Below, in pieces: positions 46,151-56,519 of a DNA stretch of 64,000 nt. A program made the translations under genes and the position numbers. Each line of letters opens with the position of its first letter. Within the stretch, counting starts at the first letter, position 1. The notes under the pieces were generated by a model that did not search any database, was not told the origin of the DNA, and was given only the letters and a program-made list of their open reading frames with translations. The stretch comes from Hemiscyllium ocellatum (Eukaryota), in assembly GCF_020745735.1 (NCBI RefSeq), contig NC_083435.1, forward strand, positions 46,004,498 through 46,068,497, given 5' to 3'.

Positions 46151-46185
46151 CACTAGCTTTCGGAGCAATGCTCCTTCGTCAGGTG
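46151..46185 (-). ncRNA. minimal type I hammerhead ribozyme motif (Penelope-associated), structurally complete
   Basis: Minus strand CAC-CUGACGA-A-GGAGC-AUU-GCUCC-GAA-AG-CU-A-GUG: stem I CAC/GUG, core CUGANGA and GAAA, stem II GGAGC/GCUCC, palindromic AGCU stem III, cleavage triplet CUA. Confidence 0.75.
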
Positions 46186-46612
46186 AAGGAGATACAGTAT
46201 GTGTATCTGACAGTAAGGGAAAGGAGGCTGGAGAGGGTGAGAGAGAGACGGACAGACATTGTGGGGTCTGGGGTCTATAGTGCTTTTGCCCAATTAGATT
46301 CTAGCCAAAGTTAATAACCTGCTCACTGATCATTGCCCAGAAACACAAATTCTGTTTCATTTCAAAGAGACGGAAAGTTGCTGAGGATTTTCAGTAAACT
46401 TTCAGTTTGGATTCAGAGTCCACACTATCTTGTTCTTGTCAAAGCCACTCTTCTCTTTGTGTTACAAGCTGCAATTATCCCCCAGTGTCTACGGTTTTAT
46501 GGGGAGAACATTCTGGATTTTCACTCCCCTTTTGTGTGAGAATCTGTTTCCTGGTTTCCCTCCTGAACAGTCGGTGTTTAATGTTCAGATTATGTTCAGG
46601 TTCTGTCTGCTC

Positions 46613-46626
46613 CCAGCAGGGGGAGC
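46613..46626 (+). promoter_or_regulatory. candidate CTCF site
   Basis: CCAGCAGGGGGAGC versus the CTCF core CCAGCAGGGGGCGC (one difference). Motif match only. Confidence 0.4.
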
Positions 46627-47099
46627 AGTTCCTCTGGATCTGAAACCTGGTGTTGAAAGTTCCTCTCAGGATTGTTATAAAATAAACTCTGACGCAGGGA
46701 GATATTCAGTCAGACACAGGTCAGAGAGGGTAGTGAATGGAGGGTCTGAAAGGAGGAAGGTGGGCTGCAGAGACAGAGAGGTTTAGGGAGGGAATTCCCC
46801 AGACTGGGCCTATGGCAGCTGATGGTGCAGCCACTGATGGGGCAGGGAGTAAAATGGGAATAAAATGGGAGCTGCTCGCATGCCCTTGGTCTTCCAACAT
46901 AAACCTGGGTGTACAAGGCAAAATGACGACGTTAGGAAGGATTGTGAGCTGTGAGGAGGGGAGTTTACCTCAGGGAATCCCAAAGGTAGGGGATTGGGAA
47001 CTGCAAACAGCTGATACTGGGGATGCAGTCCCCAGAACCGGCTCGACCGGTCTGACAGCAGCCGGGCTCCTGCTCTTGGAGACCACCACTCCCTACCCC

Positions 47100-47540
47100 A
47101 GTCCTCCCATACCCCCTCCTCTTTCCCTTCCCCTGACCTTCCACCGACCTCTGCTCTCCCTCAACTCTATCCCCCCACCTCCTCTCCCCTTCAGCTCTAT
47201 CCCCCACCTCCTCTCCCCCTCAGCTCTATCCCCCCACCTCCTCTCTCCCTCAACTCTATCCCCCCACCTCCTCTCCCCTTCAGCTCTCTCCACTTCCTCC
47301 CCTTCCCCCTCCTCTCCCCATCACTCCCACCTCCTCTCTCACCCATCTGTCCTGCTCCCACCTCCTCTCACCCTCAGCTCCCTCCACCTCCTCCCTGTTC
47401 CCCCTCCTCTCTCGCCTCTCTCCCCTCTCTCCCACCTCCTCTCTCCCCCATCCGGCCTCCTCCCACCTCTTCTCCCCCTCAGCTCTTCCCACCTTCTCCT
47501 CTCTCCCTCACACCTCTGTCTCTCTTTCCTCCCTCTTACA
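47100..47540. repeat. pyrimidine-rich low-complexity tract with ~33-bp repeats
   Basis: CTCTATCCCCCCACCTCCTCTC... units, almost only C/T on the + strand. Confidence 0.85.
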
Positions 47541-47871
47541 ACCAAAACTCTCTCCAATCTCACCGAGGGACAACACCAATTTTCAAGACTGGAAATGGGA
47601 CCCTGGAGAGAAACCCTTCTGGAAGCACTGACATAGAAACTGAGGAAGACAGAGACTTGTTGTTGGAATGTGTGAAGAGATTTCAAATGAGTATCAGTTA
47701 TTGAAGGGGGCAGCACAGACGGAGAGGGTGTTTTGTAAACCAACAGCATCCTTGGCTCTCAGGTTAATGAAGAAAAGAATTTACACCCAATAATTGGTTA
47801 GGATTTGGAATGCAGTGCTGGAGACGGCAGTGGAGGGAGATTCATTTGAGCACTCAGAGGGAATGAGACTA

Positions 47872-48358
47872 TAGTGCTGGGGTCTCAGTGATTCACAATG
47901 TAACTAATGGAGTGAGACAGGGCTCAGTGCTGGGCTCTCAGTGATTCACAATGTAACTAAGGGAGTGAGACAGGGATCAGTGCTGGGCTCTCAGTGATTC
48001 ACAATGTAACTAAGGGAGTGAGACAGGGATCAGTGCTGGGCTCTCAGTGACTTACAATGTAACTAATGCAGTGAGACAGGGATCAGTGCTGGGGTCTCAG
48101 TGATTTACAATGTAGCTAATGGAGTGAGAGAGGGATCAGTGGTGGGGTCTCAGTGATTCACAATGTAACTAAGGGAGTGAGACAGGGATCAGTGCTGGGC
48201 TCTCAGTGACTTACAATGTAACTAATGCAGTGAGACAGGGATCAGTGCTGGGGTCTCAGTGATTTACAATGTAGCTAATGGAGTGAGAGAGGGATCAGTG
48301 GTGGGGTCTCAGTGATTTACACTGTAACTAATGGAGTGAGACAGGGATCAGTGCTGGG
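47872..48358. repeat. 53-bp minisatellite, ~9 copies, derived from CR1 RT sequence
   Basis: CAGTGCTGGGCTCTCAGTGATTCACAATGTAACTAAGGGAGTGAGACAGGGAT in tandem; aligns to the GVPQGSVLGP-coding segment of the CR1 at ~920-970. Confidence 0.9.
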
Positions 48359-49149
48359 TGTTGAAGATTTCATGGATGGGATAGCGACGTTTGCTGATCA
48401 CTCCACATTTTGCCCAGTCGGCAGTGACCTGTAGACTCTCTGGATGGGTATGAATGGGTTTGCTGAGTGGATCGATGTGGTTCAGATGCAGTGTGATGTG
48501 CGACAATGTGAACCCTCTGGCTTCAATCATCCCGAGGGCTCTGTGTATCCTGGTCCATGAGCTACATAAAGCTGGTGCACAGGAGGTGCAGGGATTTCGT
48601 GCTCACAAATCGTGCTGTGTGGTGGGGAAATCCTGCTGCTACCCTACAGATCATTTACTGAAGACATCGAGAGTACTATATCACTGTACTTTTATTTCAT
48701 GAAGGAGAATTGAGCAGGTCATGTGTTTACTCATTAAATGTTAAAGGAATGAGAGGTGATGTTGTTGTCACATCCTGAGAAAGTGACACACACACTGCTC
48801 TCTCTCTCACACACACTGCCCTCCCTCTCTCTTTCTCTCACACACAAACTTTGTCTCTCTCCCTCTCTCTCACTCTCACACATATACTCTCTCACATGCA
48901 TATACTTCATCTCACTCACTCTCTCACACAACACACTCACATAGACCTTCTCTCATACATGCACACTTACACTCACTCTCTCACAGGCATATACTCCCTC
49001 ACACTTGTGCAGGCACTCCCTCAAGCACACTCACACTCACACACATGCTCTTACACACATATTCCCCCTCACAAGTACACACACTCTCTCAAGAGCATGT
49101 GAACCTACACACACACCCCCACACTCTCTCCTTCTCTCTCACAGACACG

Positions 49150-49790
49150 CACACATCTAACTATGGGGGTAAATTTGCAATTGCCAATTTGAATTTTCAG
49201 ATACATTCTATTTTGTTCAAAAAAACACACAGTCTGTTGGCAGTCAGTCAATGTGGAGTTTTACAAATTCCTACTTTGGAAATAAAACCAGTCTGACTCC
49301 AGGATACGACACAAAACAAAGCCCTCACAGCTAAAACACATTATCTGACTTGAGGCATCACCTTCTTTCTGACGAATATCACACAACACCGGGTTATAAT
49401 CCAACAGGTTTATTTGGTACCACAACCTTTCGAAGCACTGCTCCTTTATCAGACTTTTATTCTGGTCAAACATGAAGTTATCTTGGTGCAGGGATTTACA
49501 TATTAATCAATCGAAACCTGCACCTCCATTCTAACTGATTAAAGATTTAATAATTACCTTGGTTTGTTCAGTGTGTTTGTGTGTAAGTTGTATGACCCTT
49601 TTGATGTTTTCCTGTAAATTCTGTGTCTGTTGCATTCTCTCTCTCTCTCGAGCTGCCTGAGGATGGAGTTGGGTGTCCAAAAGCTTGTGGTTTCAAATAA
49701 ACCTGGTGGACTATAACCTGGTGTTGTGTGATTTTTCACTTTGTCCACCCCACTCTAACACCGGCACCTCCACATCAAGCCTTTCAGAGT
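49150..49790. mobile_element. Penelope-like fragments (third family) with degenerate hammerhead cores
   Basis: ACACAACACC.GGTTATA.TCCAACAGGTTT block at 49381 and its inverse at ~49690-49730. 49160-49370 is the reverse complement of ~51110-51315. Confidence 0.7.
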
Positions 49791-50829
49791 CTCGGTGCTC
49801 AATGCAATTCTTTCCAGCAGCTGAAGGGCTGGGGAATTGAATAAATTCAAGACAGAATTTGATGTTTGATGAACACAGGACTCACTGGTCATCGGGCCAG
49901 GCAGGGCAGTGAGTTCAGGTTACAATGGGATCTTGGGAGCTCATCGGTTGGAGTCCCCAAAATAAAGGCCATTCCATTCAGATTTCTCATTTTCATTTGG
50001 ACCTGATGCTATCTTTTCTGCATCTGGATCTCGAAATATTTCTACTTATCTGCATATTAGTCACATCTCACATAAATGTAATAACTGACATTTACAGCTT
50101 TTCTTTGAACACAATGACATGTCTCTAAATGCTTCACAGCAGATTTATGAACCAAAATGTGACACTGACCATCCAAAAGGAGGAAGACACACAGAGATGT
50201 TTAGGGAGAGTATTTCAGAGCTTTGGGCCATTTAAAAGCAGAGATTGCTTCGGCATCACCAAGTCACATCCTCCTGTCTCTGACCACAGTCCGAATTCAA
50301 CATCTGAAGCTTCAGGGGTATGACTCCTGCCCGGAACAAAATGTCCAGCTGACCCGACATCTCCCTGACGTCTGTCATGGTCAGACTCCAGTTCACACCA
50401 GCAACTTAGCTGTCACCTTTATCATGTTTTATTTAACAAGTTTACAACGATCGGTCAATGACGATCTGTAGGTACATTAAGTGGTTTAACTAGTTAGTTA
50501 TAAATATAACCCGGTGCTTGTATGTCCCCAGTGGCTGACAGAATCCCTGCACTTGTTCAGGCAGAAGATTGATTCAATCCCTTCGGGCTGGGTTGATTGC
50601 TGGTCTCTGCCTCCCTCTTGTGGTCTAATCCTATTTTACAGGAAATCAGAACAGAATCTGTTCAGTCCTTCACTGACTCCCAGTCTGACGCTTTGTCCAG
50701 AGCTGAACTCTGTGAGGAGCTGCTGTCCCTTGTATGCTTCGCGAGGGCACTGGTATTTATAGTATCCGCGGGTGTAAAGTCAGCGCTGCAACACGTCAAG
50801 AAACAAGATTTGACTCGCTCCCTATTATT

Positions 50830-51315
50830 CCAGAAAAAGATAACACCAGATTATAGTCCAACAGGTTTATTGGGAAGCACTAGCTTTCAGAGCGCTGCTC
50901 CTTCATCAGGGGGCGAGTGGGGCAGGATCCGACACAGAATTTATCGTAAAAGGTCAAAGTGTCATACAACTAATGTGATGTATTGAACAAACCTAGATTG
51001 CTGTTCAGTCTTTAATCACTCAGAGTGGATTTGCACGTTTTGATTGATTATTATGTAAATACCAGAACTTCTGGCAATTCACATTCCTGAGATAACTGAA
51101 GGTTTTATTTTTAAAAAAGTGACACCTCAGCTCAGACAATGCATTAAAGGTGAGGTTACAGTCTGTATCCCAACCCTGAGTCGGACTGGTTCTATTTCCA
51201 AAGTAGGAATTTATAAAATGTCACATTGACTGGCTGCCAACAGATTGTGTATTTTTTTTAACAAAACAGAATGTATCTGCAAGTAAAAATCTGCAAATGT
51301 AAGTTCACCCCTTAG
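50830..51315. mobile_element. Penelope-like fragment, inverted relative to 49150-49620, with hammerhead-like motif at 50878-50912
   Basis: Minus strand CCC-CUGAUGA-A-GGAGC-AGC-GCUCU-GAA-AGCU-A-GUG; flanks match the 49 kb copy in reverse. Confidence 0.7.
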
Positions 51316-51389
51316 AGTATGGGTATATGTGTGTGTGTGCGCGTGTGTGTGTGTTGGGGTGTGTGTGGTGGAGGTGGAGGAGCTGCTCC

Positions 51390-52370
51390 TCTATGGTTTT
51401 GGCATTATTTATACGGGGTTCTGTGTTGTAGGGTTTATTTCCAAGGGGCCCTGTGTTTTAGGGTTTATTTACCGGGTGCCCTGTGTTTTAGGGATTATTT
51501 ACAGGGGCCCTGTGTTTTAGGGTGTATTTACAAGGGGCCCTGTGTTTTAGGGTTTATTTACAGGGGCCCTGTGTTTTAGGGTGTATTTACAAGGGGCCCT
51601 GTGTTTTAGGGTTTATTTACCGGGTGCCCTGTGTTTTAGGGATTATTTACAGGGGCCCTGTGTTTTAGGGTTTATTTACAGGGGGCCCTGTGTTTTAGGG
51701 TTTATTTACAAGGGGCCCTGTGTTTTAGGGTTTATTTACAGGGGGCTCTGTGTTTTAGGGTTTATTTACAGGGGGTCCTGTGTTTTAGGGATTATTTACA
51801 GGGGGCCCTGTGTTTTAGGGTTTATTTACAAGGGGCCCTGTGTTTTAGGGTTTATTTACAGGGGGTCCTGTGTTTTAGGGATTATTTACAGGGGGCCATG
51901 TGTTTTAGGGATTATTTACAGGGGGCCCTGTGTTTTAGGGTTTATTTACAGGGGGCTCTGTGTTTTAGGGTTTATTTACAGGGGGCTCTGTGTTTTAGGG
52001 TTTATTTACAGGGGGCCCTGTGTTTTAGGGTTTATTTACAGGGAGCTCTGTGTTTTAGGGTTTATTTACAAGGGGCAGTGTGTTTCAGTGTTCATTTACA
52101 GGGGTTCATCACCGGGAGATGTGTGGTTTAGGTTTCATTTACAGGGACCTTTGAGTTTTCAGGTTCATTTACAGGGGGCAGTGTGTTTCTGTGTGTTATG
52201 GTTTATTTACAGGGATCCCTGTGTTTTAGGGTTTATTTACAGGGGGATGTGTGGTTTAGGCTTCATTACAGGGACCTCTGAGTTTTCAGGTTTAGTTCCA
52301 GGGGTCAGTGTGTTTCAGTGTTGATTTACAGGAGTTTCTGTGTTTTAGGGTTTATTTACGGGTCCTGTGT
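51390..52370. repeat. second array of the 30-bp minisatellite, ~32 units
   Basis: Same consensus GGGTTTATTTACAGGGGGCCCTGTGTTTTA, same orientation as 3378-13180, and more homogeneous. Confidence 0.97.
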
Positions 52371-52415
52371 TGTATCTGGCTGATTAAAATGACTATATTC
52401 TGCCTTCTCCTGCAG

Positions 52416-52662
52416 CTTCTCACTAATCTGTGGAAATATTGAGTTCTGTGCCTGTGCGTCTGCTCCTGCCAGAGTGTGTGGTGGAGCTGATGTTTAATGG
52501 TATGATACAGGTGAACGATGACAAGAACATGAAGGAGCTGTGGCAGGAGGGGTTTGAGGCCAGGGGTCCTAATTTCTGGGAGTGAGGGACCCAGAGCCTG
52601 TAAGGCTGGTGGCACTGTGAGGGTAAGTATCCAGTTCACCATGTGTCGCACTGTCCAGGCAG
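52416..52662 (+). pseudogene. degenerate MHC class I alpha1 exon
   Basis: Acceptor TGCCTTCTCCTGCAG (52401-15). Phase-1 reading ASH*...LLPECVV...QVNDDKNMKEL...GPNFWE*GTQSL*GW..EGK, then after a frameshift IQFTMCRTVQA. Aligns to exon 2 of the intact gene (SH, LPE.V, V..D, FW/YW..TQ.L, GK, IQ..M.RT.Q). Stops at 52424, 52583 and 52601. Confidence 0.72.
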
Positions 52663-52764
52663 ATAGTGCGGGGGGCATGCTCCGACACAATTGACGACAT
52701 GGGCCCTGTGGAGAAGTTATGTTACAAATTTAACAATCAGTCTTTTAAATAGGTCTCGAAGTCT

Positions 52765-55700
52765 CTCTGTGTAATATACTATTTACATTTTCCTGTAACT
52801 CCCGAAATCGCTGACAATGTTTAATGTATTATTTACATTATCGTGTAATTCCCAAAATTGCTGGCTTTGTTTAATACATTATTTACATTATCCTGCAAAT
52901 CCCGAAATTGTTGAGTCTGTTTAATATATTATTTAAATTTTCCTGTAGCTTCCGAAATTGCTGACTCTGTTTAATATATTATTTACATTATCCTGTAACT
53001 CCCGACATCGCTGACTCTGTTTCATATAATATAAACCTTAATCTGTCACTCCCGAAATTACTGACTCTTTTTAATATATTATTAACATTATCCTGAAACT
53101 CCCAAAATCGCTGACTCTCTTTAAGACATTATTTACATTATCGTATAACTCCTGCTATCGCTGACTCTGTTTAATACATTTTTTACATTATCTTCTCTCC
53201 CGAAATCGCTGACTCTGTTTAATATATCATTTACATTATCCTGAAACTCCTGGAATCGCTGACTCCCTTTAATACATTTTTTTTTACATTATCGTATATC
53301 TCCTGATCTCGCTGACACTGTTTAGTGGATTATTTACATTATCTTGTCTCCCGACATCGCTGACTCTGTGTAATATAATACAAACATTAATCCGTAACTG
53401 CCAAAATTACTGACTCTTTTTAATATATTATTTAAATTACCCTGAAACTCCCGAAATCGCTGACTATCTTCAATACATTATTTACATTATTGTATAACTC
53501 CTGGCATCACTAACTCTGATTTATATATTATTTACATTATCCTGCAACTCCCGAAATTCCTGACTCTTTTTAATAGATTATTTACATTATCCTGTAACTG
53601 CTGAAAACTCTGACTCTGTTTAATATATTATTTAAATTATCCTGTGTCTCCTGAAATCTCTCACTCTGTTTAATATATTATTTACATTATCCTCTATCTA
53701 CCGAAATTGCTGACCTGGTTTAATATATTACTTACATTATCTTGTACATCCTGAATTCGCTGACACTGTATAATATATTATTCACACTATCCTGCAATTC
53801 TCGAAATTGCGCACTCTGTTTAATATATTATTCACATTATCCGGTAACTACTTAAATCTCTGACTCTGCTTCATATATTATTTGCATTTTCCTGTGTCTC
53901 CTGAAATCTCTGATTCTGTTCAATATATTATTTACATTATCCTATAACTCCCAAAACCGCTGACTCTGTTTAATAGATTATTTATCTCGTCATGTAACTG
54001 CTGAAATTGCTGACTATCTTTAATACATTATTTACATTATCCTGTAACTCCCAGAATCGCTGACTCTGTTTAATATATTATTTACATTATCTTGTTACTC
54101 CTGCACACTATCCTGCAATTCTCGAAATTGCTCACTCTGTTTAATATCTTATTCACATTATCCTGAAATTCCTGAAATCGCTGACTCTGTTTAACATATT
54201 ATTTACTTTATCCTGTAACTCTAGAAATTACTGACTCTGTGTAATATATTATTTACATTATCCTGTAGCTTCTGGAATCGCCGACTCTGTTTAATATAAT
54301 ATTTACATCATCCTGAAACTCCCAAAATCGCTGACTCTGTTTAATATATTATTTACATGATCCTGAAACTCCCAAAATCGCTGACTCTGTTTAATATATT
54401 ATTTACATCATCCTGTAACTCCTGAAGTCGTTGACTCTGTTTAATATAATATAAACATTAATCTGTAACTCCCGAAATTACTGACTCTTTTTAAAATATT
54501 GTTTAAATTGACCTGAAACTCCCGAAATCGCTGACTCTCTGTAAGACATTATTTACATTATTGTAGAACTTCTGGCATCACTGACTCTGTTTAATACATT
54601 ATTCACATTACCTTGTCTCCCGAAATCGCTACCTCTGTTTAATATACTATTTACATCATCCTGTAATCGCTGACTGTTTAATATATTATTTACATTATCC
54701 TGTAACTCCTGAAATAGCTGACTCTGTTTAATATAATACAAACATTACTCTAACTCCCGAAATTACTGACCTTTTTAATATATTATTTAAATTATCCTAA
54801 AACTCCCGAAATCGTTGATTCTGATTAATATGTTATTTACATTATCCACTATCTCCCACAAAATTGCTGACCTTGTTTAATATATTATTTACATTATCTT
54901 GTAACTCCCGAAATTACTGACTCTGTTTAAAATATTATGTAAATTATCCTGTAACTCCCGGAATCGCTGTCTCTGTTTAATAAATTATTTACATTATCCT
55001 CTATCTACCGAAATCGCTGACACTGTTTAATATATTATTTAAATTATCCTGTGACTCCTGAAATCTCTCACTCTGTTTAATATATTGTTGACATTAACCT
55101 CTATCTCCCGAAATTGCCGACCTTGTTTAATATATTATTTACATTATCTTGTAACTCCTGAAATCGCAGACTCACTTTAATACATTTTTTACATTATCGT
55201 ATAACTCTTGACCTCGCTGACTCTGTTTAATATATTATTTACATTATCCCGAAACTCCCGAAATTGCTGACTCTGGTTAATACATTATTTATATTGTCAT
55301 GAAACTGCTGAAAACTCTGACCCTGTTTCATATATACTTCACATTATCCTGTGACTCCTGAAATCTCAATATCTGTTTAATATATTATTTAAATTATCCT
55401 GTAACTCCCGAAATTACTGACTCTGTTTCATGTATTATTATCGGTATCCTATAACTCCTGGAATCGCTGACTCTCTTTAATTCAATATTTACATAATCGT
55501 ATAACTCCCGAAATCGCTGACTCTGATTAATATATTATTTGTATTCTCCTGTAACTCTAGAAATTACTGACTCTGTTTAATATATTATTTAAATTATCCT
55601 GTAGCTTCGGGAATCGCTGACTCTGTTTAATATATTATTTATATTATCCTGAAACTCCCAAAATCGCTGACTCTGTTTAATATATTATTTACATTATCTT

Positions 55701-56370
55701 GTAACTCCTGAAATCGCTGACTCTCTTTAATACATTTTTTACATTATCGTATAACTCCTGGAATCGCTGACTCTGTTTAGTAGATTATATGCATTATCTT
55801 GTCTCCCGAAATCGCTGACTCTTTTTAATATATTATTTAAATTATCCTGAAACTCCCTATATCACTGATTCTATTGAATATATTATTTTCATGATCCCGT
55901 AATTTCTGAAATCGCTGACCCTGTTTAATATATTATTTACATTATCGTGTAACTCCCGAAATCGTTGATTCTTTTTAAGATATGATTTACATGATCCTGT
56001 AACTCCCGAAATGGCTGACTCTCTGTTTAATATATTATTTAAATTATCCTGTAGCTTCTGGAATCGCTGACTCGGTTTATATATTATTCACATTATCCTC
56101 TAACTCCCGAAATTGCTGACCTTGTTTAATATATTATTTACATCATCCTGTAACTCCTGAAATCGCTGGCCCTGTTTAACATATTATTTAAATTATCCTA
56201 CAGCTCTCGAAATCGCTGACACTGTTTGGTATACTATTTACATTATCATGTAACTCCTGAAATCTCTGACTCTGCTTAATATATTATTTCCATTATCCTG
56301 CAACTTCTTAAATTGTTGAATATAGTATTCACGTTATCCTGTCTCCCCCGAAATCGCTAACTCTGTTTAA
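52765..56370. repeat. AT-rich 50-bp satellite, ~72 units
   Basis: TGACTCTGTTTAATATATTATTTACATTATCCTGTAACTCCCGAAATCGC with period 50 (e.g. 54311 versus 54361). Confidence 0.97.
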
Positions 56371-56519
56371 TTTGGACACTTTCTTCCGTGTAGACAGACT
56401 TGGTAGTGGTGTCAAGCATCACTATAGTCAACGACTTGACATCTCAGATGGAATGCAAGAAGAATTTCCCGATGTTGGGGAAATCCGGAGCTCCGGATTT
56501 CCCAGCCAGACAATAAGTG

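Noticed and set aside
50720-50771. Signal-peptide-like LLSLVCFARALVFIVSA ending at a phase-1 GT, as a leader for the pseudo-exon
   Set aside because: No in-frame ATG (50734 is out of frame) and the donor GTGTAA is weak; cannot be supported.
52765-56370. CRISPR-like appearance of regularly spaced repeats
   Set aside because: Units are contiguous with no unique spacers; eukaryotic satellite, no cas genes.
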